Shown here one piece after another: positions 38,593 to 51,985 of a DNA stretch of 64,000 nt. The notes below the pieces were generated by a model. The model was not told the origin of the DNA. It worked only from the letters and a program-made list of their open reading frames with translations, and searched no databases. How positions within the stretch are numbered: the first letter of the stretch is position 1; every line of letters starts with the position of its first letter. The stretch spans positions 49,230,001-49,294,000 of the forward strand of contig NC_086097.1 of NCBI RefSeq assembly GCF_963921235.1, read 5' to 3'. Position numbers and translations under genes: made by a program. This DNA comes from Mobula hypostoma (Eukaryota).

Positions 38593-38817
38593 GCAACACA
38601 CACAAAATGCTGGTGGAACGCAGCAGGCCAGGCAGAATCTATAGTAAGAAGAAATTTCAGGATGAATTTGATCATTTATGATCACAAACCCCTGAGGGTT
38701 CTTTGACTTGAAGCTCTCTGTACTTCTTCCTATAGATGCTGCCTGGCCTGCTGCGTTCCACCAGCATTTTGTGCGAGTTGCTTGAATTTCCAGAACCTTC
38801 AGATTTCCTCGTGTTTG
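38593..38817. mobile_element. Penelope-derived fold-back element whose centre is replaced by a copy of host CR1 sequence
   Basis: Inverted arms; TSD-like ctcctctgtcta (38581) / ctcctttgtata (38818); spacer 38652-38719 matches 39865-39932. Confidence 0.88.
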
Positions 38818-40291
38818 CTCCTTTGTATATGCTGCTTGTTATTTCTTCAAAGAATTCCAACAGATTTGGTAGGCAAGATTGTCCCTTGATGAAACCATGC
38901 TGACTGTGGCCTGTTTGATCATGCGCCTCTAAGTACTCTGTGACCTCATCCTTAGTAATCGATTGTAATATCTTTCCAACTACTGAGGTCAGACGAACAA
39001 GCCTATAGTTTCCTTTCTTCTGTCTCTCTCCTTTCTTGAAGAGTGGAATGACATTTGCAATTATCCACCCTTTCGGAACCATTCCAAAACCTAATGATTC
39101 TTGAAAGATCATTACTAATGCCTCCATGATCTCTTCAACCATCTCTTTCAGAACTCTGGGGTGTACACCATCTGGTCCAGGTGACTTCAGACCTATCAGT
39201 TCCTCAAGAACTTCTACCTTCAGACCTATCAGTTTCTCAAGAACCTTCTCACCTTTTATGGTAACTTCACACACTTCATGCCCCCTGACACCTGGAACTT
39301 CCACCATACTGCTCATGTCTTTCACAGTGAAGACTGATGCAAAGTACTTGTTCAGTTCAGCTGCTATTTTGTTGTCCCCATTACTACCGCTCCAGCATCA
39401 TTTTCCAGCGGTCTGATATCCACTCTCACCTCTCTTTTACACTTTATGTATCTGTAGAAACTTTTGGTATCCTCTTTAATATTATTGGCTAGCTTACTTT
39501 TGTATTCCATCTTTACCTTCATAAAGACTTTTTTAGTTGCCTTCTGCTAGTTTTTAAAAGCTTCCTAGTTCTCAAGCTTCCCACTATCTTTTGCTCTATT
39601 ATACGCCCTCTCTTTGGCTTTTATGTTGGCTTTGACTTCTCTTGTTAGCCGTGGTCATGTCATCTTGCCTTTAGAATACTTCTTCTTCTTTGGGATGTAT
39701 ATATCCTTGTGCATTCAAATTGCTTCCAGAAATTCCAGCCTTTGCTGCTCTGACCTCATCCCTGCCAGTGTTCTTTTTTAATCAATTTTGGTCAACTTGT
39801 CTCTCATGACTCTACAATTCCCTTTACTCCACTGTAATACTAATACATCTGACTTTAACTTCTCAAATTTCAGGGTGAATTTGATCATTTACGATCACAT
39901 ACCCCTAAGGGTTCTTTGACTTGAAGCTCTCTAATTAATTCTGATTCATTGCACAACACCCAGTTCAGAATAGCTGATCTCCTAGTGGGTTCAATCACAA
40001 GCTCCTCTAAAAAGCCATGTTATAGGCACTCTAGAAAGTCCTCCTCCTGGAATTCACCACCAACCTGATTTTCCCAATCTACCTACATATTGAAGTTCCC
40101 CTTGACTATTGTAACATTACCCTTTTGGCATGCATTTTCTATCTCCCATTGTAATGTGTAAACAACATCCTTACTACTGTTTGGGGGTCTGAATACAATT
40201 CCCATCAAGGTCTTTTTACCCTTGCAGTTCCTTAGCTCAAGCCATGATGATTCAACACCTTCTGACCCTATATTACTTCTTTCTAATGATT

Positions 40292-41850
40292 CTGAAGGAT
40301 TCTGAAGGAGGTGGCTTTGGAGATTGTGGAAACATTGGAAATGATCTTTCAGGAATCAATAGACTCTGGCATGGCTCCGGAGGACTGGAAGGTCGCAAAT
40401 GTAGTTCCGCTACTTAAGAAAGGAAGGAGGCAGCAAAAAGAAAATTACAGACCTATTAGTCTGACATCGGTGGTTGGAAAGATATTGGAGTCAATCCTCA
40501 AGGACGAGGTTATGAAATACCTCGAGGTGCATGACAAGATAGGCCGAAGCCAGCATGGTTTCATGAAGGGAAGATCCTGCCTTACCAATTTATTGGAATT
40601 TTTTGAGGTAATCTCAAATAAGATTGACAAGGGAGAGGTTGTGGATGTTGTGTATTTGGATTTTCAAAAGGCCTTTGGTAAGGTGCCGCATATGAGGCTG
40701 CTTAATAAGATGGGAGCCCATGGAATTATAGGAAAGATATTGAAATGGGTGGAGCATTGGCTGATAGGCAGAAAACAAAGGGTGGGAATAAAGGGATCCT
40801 ATTCTGATTGGTTGCTGGTTACTAGTGGTGTTCCGCAGGGGTCGGTGTTGGGGCCACTTCTTTTTTACGATGTATATCGATGATTTGGATTATGGATTAA
40901 ATGGTTTTGTGGCCAAGTTTGCGGATGACACCAAGATAGGTGGAGGAGCAGGAAGTGTTGAAGAAACGGAAAGGTTGCAGAGAGACTTAGTCAGTTTAGG
41001 AGAGTGGGCAAAAAAATGGCAGATGAGATACAACGTTGACAAATGTACGGTTGTACATTTCGGAAGAAGAAATAATCGGGCAGATTATTATTTAGATGGG
41101 GAGAAAATTCAAAAATCGGAAGAGCAAAGGGACTTGGGGGTCCTCGTGCAGGATACCCTAAAGGTTAACCACCAAGTTGGATTGGCGGTAAGGAAAGCGA
41201 ATGCTATGTTGGCATTCATTTCAAGAGGAATAGTGTATAAGAGTAAGGAGGTGTTGATGAGGCTCTATGGAGCATTAGTGAGACCTCATTTGGAATACTG
41301 TGTGCAGTTTTGGGCCCCCTATCTTAGAAAGGATATACTGATGTTGGAGAGAGTTCAGAGAAGATTTACGAGGATGATTCCTGGAATGCAGGGGCTAACA
41401 TATGAGGAGCGTCTGTCGGCTCTTGGATTGTATTCATTAGAGTATAGAAGAATGAGAAGGGATCTCATAGAAACGTTTCGAATGTTGAAAGGGTTGGACA
41501 GAGTAGATGTGGAAAGGTTGTTTCCCTTGGTGGGTGAGTCCAGGACAAGAGGCCATAGTCTTAGAATTAGAGGGTACCCAGTTAAAACAGAGATGAGGAG
41601 AAATTTTTTTAGCCAGAGGGTCGTGGATTTGTGGAATTTGTTACCACATATGGCTGTGGAGGCTTGATCATTGAGAGTGCTTAAGGAGGAGATTGACAGA
41701 TATCTAATTAGTCAGGGTATCAAGGGGTATGGGGAAAAAGCCGGAAATTGGAACTAGATGGGTGAATAGTTTAGCTCATGGGGGAGCTGCAGAGCAGACT
41801 CGATGGGCCGAATGGCCTTCTTCTGCTCCTTTGTCTTGTGATCTTGTGAT
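40292..41850 (+). mobile_element. CR1 LINE, 5'-truncated, young, nested antisense in an older CR1
   Basis: ORFs 40311..40883 and 40825..41667 (one frameshift in a T-run); cttgtgatcttgtgat tail. Confidence 0.95.
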
Positions 41851-43823
41851 TTGATTTGCCACCCCCTCTGCTTTCCTGCCTGTTCTTTTGATACAATGTG
41901 TACCCTTGGACATTAAGCTCCCAGCTATAATCTTCTTTCAACCATGATTCAAGGATGCCTACAAATTCATACCTGCTAATCTGCAACTGTGCTGTAAGCT
42001 CATCTACCTTAGTGCATATACTGCACACATTCAAGTGTAACACCTTCAGTACTGTATTCACCCTTTTCAATTGTGTCTATATTCTATGTGCAACTCATCC
42101 TGTTGACTGCAATTTTTCCCTCGTGACAGCTCTTCCTCACTACACATTGCCTCTGTTTGTAAACCAGCTACCTCATCTTCAGCACTACGATCTGCCTTTC
42201 CTACAATACTTCCTGCATTGAAATATAGGCAGGTTAGGACGCTAGTCACACTATGCTCAACCTGTTGATCCCTAACTTTGTCTGAGGTCTTACCAACATC
42301 TGCCTCCGCAACCTGTCCATTAACTATACTGGCAGTCTGAATCCCATTCCCCTGCAACTCTAGTTTAAACCCCACTGTGCAGCATTAACAAACCTTCCCA
42401 CTAGGATATTAGTCCCCCTCCAGTTCAGGTGCACACCATTCCTTCTGTACAGGTCCCACCTTCCCTGGAACAGAGCCAAATGATCCAAAAGTTTTATGCC
42501 CTCCCTCCTACACCAACTTCATAGCCACAAATTAAACTGTATATTCTTCCTAGTTCTGTCCTCACGAGCATGTGGTACAGGTAGCAATCCTGAGATCACA
42601 ACCTTGGAGGTGCTGCCCTTTAACTGAACACCTAACTCTCTGAATGCCCTATGCAGGGCCTCTTCACTTATCTTACCCATGTTCTGGCTGTTCACCCTCC
42701 CACTTAATAATGCTGAGGACTCAGTCTGAGACATCCTGAACCCCAGCACCCAGGAAGCAACATACCATCTGGGAATCTTTTTCTTGCCCACAGAACCTCT
42801 TGTCCGTTCTCCTAACTAAACGGATCCCCAAGCAGTACAGCGTGCCTTTTCTTCTCCCTTCCTTTCTGAGTCACAGAGACAGACTCAGTATTAGAGACCC
42901 AATTCCTGTGACTTTCCTCTACTGTTCACACCCCCAACAGTATCCGAAGTGGTATACATGTTGTTGCGGGGGATACAAGGATACTCTGCACTGGCTCCTT
43001 AACCCCTTTCCTCTTCCTGACTGTCACCCAGGATCCTGTGTCCTACACCTTGGGTGTAACTACTCTCTATATGTCCTATCTGTCACTCCTTCAGCCTCCT
43101 GAATGATCCAGAGTTCATCCAGTTCCAGCTCCAACTCCTTAACGTGGTGTGTAAGAAATTGCAGCTGGATGCACTTCTCGCAGTTGTAGTTGTCAGGGAC
43201 ACTGAAGGTCTCCCTGCTTTCTCACGTCCCTCAGGAGGACCATTCAATTATCCTGCCTGGGATCTCTACTATCCTAACTGAGCAGGTATAAAGAAGGGAA
43301 TAGAAAAATGAATTTAACCTAGAGCATTTATTTTCTTTTGCTTTCTCTGACTGAAGCCTCTCTGTGCAGAAGCCTCAAAGACCTAAAGCTTGAAGATCAC
43401 CAGTCTGACTCTGTGCACTCAAATGACAGCCACTGTGACGATGGTCACTGTGTTTGTCCCAGTCATCCTTTAATTTGCTCTGGCTCAATATACCTACCAG
43501 AAGAGGGTTCTTCAAAACATCACATGAAAATGGTTCTGATAAGAATAGACAAATTTATTAAGCTCTTTTTGTTTCGATCGGTATAACTTCTAGCCTTAAA
43601 CAGTTATTTAAAATACAATCAAAAATAATCAGCATAAGATCTTTTTATTCCATGTGTTCAAACCCATTAAGGAATATTTTTCAGGTTAAGAAATAGCTGC
43701 AGTCTTACACCAATTTCTCAACAACAGGAATGGAATCAGCCACCCCCAGATCAGTCTTTGTTTTTAGCAATTATAATCAGCTGGCTTATTAAGAATCTTT
43801 AGAATGCCTAAGAAACTCTAGAT

Positions 43824-43902
43824 CAGGGGTTACCTACCTGTGGTTCACAGACCCGTCAGTTAATGATAGGGGTCCATGGCATAGAAAAGGTTGCGAACCC
43901 CA
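43824..43902. mobile_element. hAT (Charlie-like) MITE, ~79 bp, decayed
   Basis: caggggttacctacc...ggttgcgaacccc inverted ends; 8-bp TSD-like ctctagat / cactagat, the first matching the NTCTAGAN preference. Confidence 0.55.
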
Positions 43903-45619
43903 CACTAGATTATTCCTGACATCAGGCAGATCTCCAACAATATGTATTTGAAAATTTAAAAATCTTCAGAGATAAAAAGATGTATTTGATTTTGTATTAA
44001 ACATGGCATTTTCTAATGTCCTCTAGTTACTGAATATTAAAAAATCATTTTTTGTGGCATAATGACTGAATGAGACTGAATGAGACTAAAGACTGAATGA
44101 GTAATTCCCTACACTATAATTGTCTCAACATTATCAGTTTGAACTTTTCCTTTGAAATAATGGCTCAACTAATCATTTACAATCTAAAATTATTGTCTGC
44201 AAAAAGCTTCTTGCCCTAATCAGATCCTATCTCTAATCTCCCAATGATTTCTGTACTCTATTCCAGCCTTTTGCACGTCCCTAATTTTAATGGTTTCATA
44301 TCTGCAGCTCCTTTTCAGTTGTCTATATAATCTGAAATTCCCTTTAAATCTCTTCATATCCTTCACTTCATTGCACCTGAATACTAGTTTTTATCCTTGT
44401 TCTGACCATGAACTTGAATGGGTCAAGGACAGTGGAAGTGAACAAACCAGATGTCTTTGTTGTTGCCATGTCCTTGAAGAAATGGAGGTTGCCATTTTGT
44501 GAAGAATCTCTGTCAACTACATTTTGTGAACTGATTCTTGCTGTGGGATAACTTAATCAGATCAATTGAAGATGGACACAAGAAGTGTCTGCTGATTATC
44601 TGCTAAACTTGAGACCATTTTCAGATGAACTGTTTATTGTCTATAATAGCAGGTTTGCAGAAGTAATCTGCAAACCTGCCATTGTTTCTGGGTGTCCCAG
44701 TTTAACTGGTTTGAACCAGAGCCAGTTAGAAGAAAATGTCACTTAAGCCTTTAGCTACATCCAATGGAAACCTGACACAGGTCAGATAGATTACCTCCAG
44801 CCGTCGAAATTGAAATGCAACAATTGAACGAATAAGGAAAGAATATAAGAATGAGGGGCTTCAAATGCAAAGGTGCAAGAACTCTGGATTCTAACTATCA
44901 CACAGAGGAACTCCTGCCAGGGGCTGGAAGGAAAAGGATCAATCATTTGGCCAATGGGAGATTTTCTATTTCGGTGTTACAAATTGGAGAAGTGGTCTGA
45001 GGGAACAGTAGAATTCACGTTTTAAGTTGTTGGACTGGGGTCAACATAATTGCATTGGTGTTCGTGCTGAGACAATAAAGTGCGAGATTTGATTGACTAA
45101 GAGTTGTGCAGTGAGTTGCCTAACGTAGATCAGTTGATAATAGTCAACCCGAGTATCTCTTTCTGTGGTTCTGATTTAAAGTTTACTTGATTTTTTGCAT
45201 GTGAAGTGCATTGGGATGAATTTCTACACTAAAGTGTAATATAAATGCATTTTGTTTCTTCTCTTGTATTTTCACAGGAAAAGACAGTTGAAATGATAAG
45301 ATCAAATGTACAAGTGTGCCTGAGTAATGTGCAGCAAATTCAAGGACTTAAATTCATCAGAACTAAAATCACAGCAGGACCTAGGATCTGGCATAGATAT
45401 CTTCACGTTATGAAAGTGCTCAAATGCCTACATTGTGTAAAGTTCAACCTAGATTTGGACTTGAAAGCCAGAGCCAGTACAACAGAGTAAATTTAAAAAT
45501 TCATCATCTTGCAATAGACTATGCTGGGGCCATGTACTTCTTAAAACAGCTTTAAGAGAATATCATGCCCTAAACATAGCATAAGTAAAATCCACAATAT
45601 TTGAAAAGCCTTCCAATTT

Positions 45620-47670
45620 ATAGAAACATAGAAAATCTAGATTAGATTAGATTAGATTCTGAGGACACTCAGTCCTCATTTATTGTCACTTAGAAATGCA
45701 TGCATTAAAAAATGATACAATGTTCCTCACAAGAAACACAGGACAAACCAAGACTAAAACTGACAGAACCACATAATTACAACATACAGTTACAACAGTG
45801 CAAAGCAATACCGTAATTTGATAAAGAGCAGACCATGGGCACGGTAAAAAAAAGTCTCAAAGTCCCGATGGCCTCATCATCTCACGCAGATGGTAGAAGG
45901 GAGAACCCCTCCACGCCATGAACCTCCAAGCGCCGCAAACTTGTCGATACAGCACCATTGGAAGCACTCGACCGCAGCAGACGCTGAGTCCGTCTGAAAA
46001 CTTCGAGCCTCCGACCAGCCCTCTAACACCGAGCACCGAGCATCATCCTCTGCCGAGCGCTTCGACCCCGCCCCAGCCGCCGAGCAACAAGCAAAGCTGA
46101 GGATTCGGGGCCTTCCCCTCCAGAGATTTCGGATCACACAGTAGCAGCAGCAACGAAGCAGGCATTTCAGAAGTTTCACCAGATGTTCCTCCATGCTCTC
46201 ACGTCTGTCTCCATCAAATCAGGATTGTGCACGGCACCCTACTTGACAAATAACAGACAACACCACTGGAGTGTCCGCTGCGAGCTGCGTTGCGCCGCCA
46301 ACTTCTCCTCTCCTTTACAGTAATCTACAGCACATTACAGGCCCCTCGGCCCACAATATTGTGCCAACCATGTAACCTACTCTAGAAGCTGTCTAAAATT
46401 TCCCTAGCGTATAGCCCTCTATTTTTCTAAGCTCCATGTACCTATCTAAGAGTGTATTAAAAGACCCTATTCTATCCATTTCCACCACACCGCCAGCAGT
46501 GCATTCCATGCATCCAACACTCTCTGTGTGAAAAAACTTACCTCTGATACCCCCCTTGCACCTACTTCCAAGCACCTTAAAACTATGCCCCCTCACATTA
46601 GCCGTTTCAGCCCTGGGAAAAAGCCTCTGGCTATTCATATGATCAATGCCTCTCATCATCTTATACACCTCGATCAGGTCACCTCTCACCCTCTGTCACT
46701 CCAAGGAGAAAAGGCCAAATTTACTCAACCTATTCTCATAAGGCATGCTCTTCAATCCAGGCAACATCCTTGTAAATCTCCTCTGCACTCTCTCTATAGT
46801 ATCCACATCCTTCCTGTAATGAGGTGACCAGAACTGAACACAGTACTCCAAGTGGGGTTTAACTAAGCTGTAACATTACCTCACGACTCTTGAATTCAGT
46901 CCCATGATTGATGAATGCCAACACACCATACACCTTCTTAACAACGCTGTCAACCTGTGCAGCAGCTTTGGACATGGGCTCCAAGATCTTGCTGATCCTC
47001 CACACTGTCAAGACTCTTACCACTTATATTATATTTTGTCTTCAAATTTGACCTACCGAAATGAACCACTTCACACTTACCTGGTTTGAATTCCATCTGT
47101 CATTTCTCAGCCCAGTTCTGCATCCTATTGATGTCCCGCTGTAACCTCTGAGAACCCTCCAGACTATCTACAACACCTCCAACTTTTGTGTCATCAGCAA
47201 ACTTACTAACTTACTAACCCATCCTTCTACTTCTTCATCCAGGTCATTTATAAAAATCACAAAGAGGAGGGGTCCCAGAACAGATTCTTGCTGGTCACTG
47301 TCCACCATGCAGAATACGAACCATCCACAACCACCCTTTGCCTTATCTGGTCAAGCCAGTTCTGGATCCACAAAGCAAGGTCTCCTTGGATCCTATGCAT
47401 CATTACTTTCTGGATGAGCCTCTCATGGAGAACCTTATCAAATGTTTTACTGAATTCCATATACACTACATCCACTGCTCTACCTTCACCAATGTGCTTT
47501 GTTACATCCTCAAATAATTTACTCAGGTTCATAAGGCACGACCTGCCCTTGACAAAGCCATGCTGACTATCCCTAATCGGATTAGGTCTCTCCAAATGCT
47601 CATAAATCCTGTCTCTCAGGATTTTCACCAACAACTTGCCCACCACTGAAGTGAGACTCACTGGTTTATA
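45620..47670 (-). mobile_element. CR1 LINE, 5'-truncated, with an insertion just inside its 3' end
   Basis: ORFs 47257..47661 and 46393..46689; tagaaacatagaaaatcta|insert|atctacagcac. Confidence 0.9.
45638..46315 (-). mobile_element. ~680-bp non-autonomous retroelement, copy 1
   Basis: Reverse complement is colinear with 58996-59686; 3' hairpin gaggac-actca-gtcctc and (AATCT)n tail; aatcta on both flanks. Confidence 0.85.
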
Positions 47671-48104
47671 TCAACTTGTAAATTTATTGATAGTATATGA
47701 AACAGCTTATTTCTTCAGTTTTTAGGAAGTGGAGGTCATTGATAAAGCCTAGATTTTACTTGACTTGCCCTGACTTTGTCGATTATCATCACTGAGGCCT
47801 GACATGTTCTTTCTGTCCGAAACATCAGTGCAGGTGCTCATGATAGAACTGACAGTACCTCAGGAGAACTGGATTGAGAAGGCATTCGAGCATAAGAAAG
47901 GCAAATACCAGCAGCTGGTAGAGCAGTGCCAAAGACAGGAATGGTGGGTATGATGTGACCCTATAGAGGTGGGGTGTAGAGGGTTTTCTGGCTGCTCACT
48001 CTGCAGAACCTATTCTCTCCTTGGCATTATGGGGGCTGCAAAGAAAAGAGCCATCAGGACTGTCACAGGCTGCTGAGTGAACCTCCAGGTGGCTATGGAT
48101 CAAG

Positions 48105-51100
48105 GCAGATGAGCTCAGGTTATGGATCAACACCTGGATTTATGACATTGCACCCATTAGTGAGACTTGATTCCAGGAGGGGCAGGACTGGTAGCTCAAT
48201 ATTCTGGAATTCCATTGCTTTAGATGTGCCAAATGGGAGGGATTAAAGGAGGAGGAATGATGTTACGAGTCAGAAAATATTACAGCAGTGCTCTATTGGG
48301 ACATTCTGGAGAACTCGACTAGCGATGCATTATGGGTGGAACTGAAAAATAAGAACGGTATAACCACATCAATGCACAATATTACAGACCACCCTACAAC
48401 CCTAAGGATTTAGAGGAACAAATTTGTACAGAGATTACAGACGGTTGCAAGAAACATAAGGTTGTTATAGTAGGTGACTCTAACTTTCCACTTATTGCCT
48501 GGGAATCCCATACTTTTAAAGGAAGGACTAGATGGGATAGAGTTTGTCAAATATGTTCAGGGAAGTTTCCTTCATCAGTAACTAGAAGTCCCTATGAGAG
48601 ACCATGTAATATTGGATCTGCCATTAGGGAATGAGTCCAGGCAGGTGACAGAAATCTGAGTTGGGGAACACTTTGCTTCCAGTGACCACAATGCCATTTA
48701 TTTCAAAGTAAATATGCAAACAGATAGACCTGGTCCATGGGTTGAGATTCTAAATTGGAGAGAGGCCAGTTTTGATGGTATCAGAAATGATCTGGCATGT
48801 GTGGATTGGGACAGACTGTTTTCTGCAAAAGGTGTACTTGGAAAGTGAGAGGCCTTCAAAAATGAAATTTTGAGAGTACAAAGCTTGTATGTATCTGCCA
48901 GAATAAAAGGTAAAGATAACAAGTGTAGGGAACCTTGGTTTTCAAGAGATGTTGAGGTCCAGGTTAAGAGAAAGAAGGAAGTGCATAGCAGGTAGAGGCA
49001 AGGAGGAACAAATGATGTGCTTATGGTGTACAAGAAATGCAAGAGAATACTTAAGAAAGAAATCAAGGCTACTTCCATTTGGATAAGCTGTGAGGATCAT
49101 GTTTTTTGATATTTCAAGTGCCTTCAATACCATACAGTCCTCATTGCTGGGGGAAAAGCTCCTTTCAATGCAGATTGACACTTCTATCGTATCCTCGATA
49201 ATGGACTACCTGACTGGCAGACCACAGTATGTGCAGCTTCAGAGCTGTGTGTCAGACATGGCTATAAGCACTGGGGCCACACAGGACTGTATTGGCTCCC
49301 TTTCTGTTTACCCTGTACACCTTGGACTTCAGATACAACACTGAGTCATGTCATCTGCAGAAATTCTCTGATGACTCAGCAATAGTTGGGTGTATAAAGG
49401 GAGGACGGGAGGCTGAATACAGGGCCCTAATGGTGGGATTTGTCAAATGGTGTAAGCTGAAACATCTGCAGCTCAACATCAGTAAGACGAAGAAGATGGT
49501 GATGGACTTTAGGAAGATTACGCCTGCATAGCTCCCCGTTACTATTGATGGTGAGGACATGGATGTGGTGAGGACCTACAAGTACCTGGGGGTGCACCTG
49601 GATGACAGATTTGAGTGGAGCACCAACACAGAGGCTGTGTATGAAAAGGGCCAGAGATGGCTCTACTTCCTGAGGAGACGGAGGTCCTTTGAAGTGTGCA
49701 GGCCTCTCCTTCACATGTTCTACCAGTCTGTTGTCACAAGTACAATCTTTTATGTGGTGGTGTGCTAGGGCAAAGTCATCAACATGGGTGATGCCAACAG
49801 GCTTAATAAACTGATTAGAAATACTGGCTCTGTTATAGGAGTCAAACTGGACACACTGGAGGCTGTGGTAGAACAAAGGAAAATTCTGGCAATTCTGGAC
49901 AATATTTCTCATCCTCTGCATGCCACCTTGTTTGAACGGAGGAATGCCTTTTGTGATAGACTAAGGCAACTGCTATGCTCCAAAGAGCACTGTATGAGGT
50001 CATTCTTACCCTCGGCCATTAGGCTTTATAATGAGTCAGCCTATAGCCAGGGGGAAGATGACCCCCTCCTGTTAGCCTGTTTGTGGTAACTTATTTTTTT
50101 ATTCTTTCTACTTCTCTTCTAATATTTATATCTGTGCATTTGTAATGCTACTGTGGCATTGTAATTTCCTTTGGGATCAATAAAGTATCTGTCTAAAAAA
50201 ATGCATGAAGTTGCTCTAGCAGACAAGGTGAAGGAGAATCTATGGAATTCTACAGGTACGTTAAGAGCAAAAAGATTACAAAGGACTAAACTGGTCCTTT
50301 GGAAGACTAGAATGGCAATCCATGTGTGGAGCCAAAACTGATGGGGGGAAATCTTAAATGCATTCTTTGCATCTGTATTTACTTGAGAGACGGATAAGAG
50401 TCTATAGAAGTGAGGCAAAGTGACATCAACTTCATGGACCCTGTACAGATTACAGAGGAGGAGGTGTTTGCTACCTTGAGGCAAATCAGAGTGGATAAAT
50501 CCCCAGAACATGACAAGATATTCCCTTGAACCCTGCAGGAGGCAAGTTGAGAAATTGCCGGGGTCCTAGCAGAGATATTTAAAACAATCTTTGTGACAGG
50601 AGAAGTACCAGAAGATTGGAGGATAGCCAATGTTATTCCACTGTTTTAAAAAAGGCTTTAAGCAGAAACCAGGAAATTAGTTGATATCAGTTGTTGGAAA
50701 GTTATTGTAAAGTATTCTAAGGGACCAGTTATATAAGTATTCGGATTTGCTGATTAAGGATAGTCAGCATAGCTTCATGCATGGTAGACCATGTCTAATC
50801 AATCTTATAGAGTTTTTCAAGGCAGTTGCCAGGAAAGTGAATGAAAGCAACGATGTTGTCTACACAGACTTTAGCAAGGCATTTGACAAAGATCCGAATG
50901 GGAGCCTGGTCGAGAAGGTCCAGTCACTCGGCATTCAGGATGAGGTAGTAAACTGGATTACACTTTAGCTTTGTAGGAGAAGCCAGAGAGTGGTAGCAGG
51001 GAGTTGCCTGTCTGACAGGAGGCCTTTGACTAGTGGTGTACCAGAGGGATCGGTGTTGGGTTTTTTAATGTTTGTCATCTATATCAATGATCTGGATGAT

Positions 51101-51985
51101 AATGTGGTTAGCTGCATCAGCAAATTTGTGGATGACACCAAGATTGAGGGTGTAGTGGACAGTGAGGAAGGCTGCCATGGCTTACAGAGGGATTTGCATT
51201 AACTGGAAAAACGGGCTAAAAAATGGCCAGTGGAATTTAATGCAGACAACTGCAAGGTTTTGCATTTCGTTAGGACTAACCAGGGTAGTTCTAACAGTGA
51301 ATGGTAGTGCACTGAGGTGTGTGATAGAACAAAAGGATCTGGAATACAGGTACATAATTTGTTGAAAGTGGGGTCACAGATAGGTAGAGTTATAAAGAAA
51401 GCTTTTGGCTCATTTGCCTTCATAAATCAATGTATTGAGTACAGAAGATGGAATGTTATGTTAGGTTGTATTAGACATTGGTGAGGCTTAATTTGGAGCA
51501 TAGTATGTAGCCTCAGTCAACTCAGATGTAAATAAGGTTGAAATAATGCAACTAAAATTCATAAGGACGTTGCTGGGTCTGGAGGACCTGAATTATAAGG
51601 AAAGATTGAATAGATTAGGACTGTATCCATGAAAGATTGAAGGGAGATTTGATAGAGGTATACAAAATTATGAGGGATATAGATAGGGTAAATACAAGCA
51701 GGCTTTTTCCATTGAGGTTTGGAGGGACAACAACTAGAGGTCATGGCTTAAGGGTGAAAGGTGAGAAGCTTAAGGGGAACTTGAAGGGAACTTCTTCACT
51801 CAGAACGTTATGAGAGTGTGAAATGAGCTGCCAGCACAAGTGACGCATGTGAACTCGATTTCAATGCTTAAGAGAAGTTTGGGCAGGTTCGTGGATGGTA
51901 GGGGTATGGAGGTCTATGGGCCCAGTGCAGGTCGATGGGAGTAGGCAGTTTAAATGGTTTCTCTGCTGTACTTCTCTATGACTCT
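48105..51985 (+). mobile_element. CR1 LINE ORF2 (APE-RT), decayed, interrupted by Rex1
   Basis: VVIVGDSNFP, SDHNAI (APE); DSQHSFMHGRPCLINLIEFF, DFSKAFDK, KFVDDTK; tctatgactcta tail. Confidence 0.88.
49068..50193 (+). mobile_element. Rex1 LINE, 5'-truncated
   Basis: RIMFFDISSAFNTIQ, APFLFTLYT, QKFSDDS, YKYLGVHLD, RSFLPSAIRLYN; gggatcaataaagtatctgtct end. Confidence 0.9.

Larger units (their letters stand above)
37416..43470 (-). mobile_element. Near full-length decayed CR1 LINE (5' UTR and ORF1 ~42400-43470, ORF2 ~37560-42050) with two nested insertions
   Basis: CLLGAGVQD / VVISGLLPVP (ORF1), LKVLHLNV (APE), KSPGPDGVHPRVLKE, QHGFIKG, RRMRGDLIE; taagaccataaga tail. Confidence 0.9.

Noticed and set aside
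45245..45490. 81-aa ORF after a strong acceptor at 45277
   Set aside because: The pyrimidine tract abuts what looks like an L2/SINE 3' tail; no clear donor and no recognisable peptide
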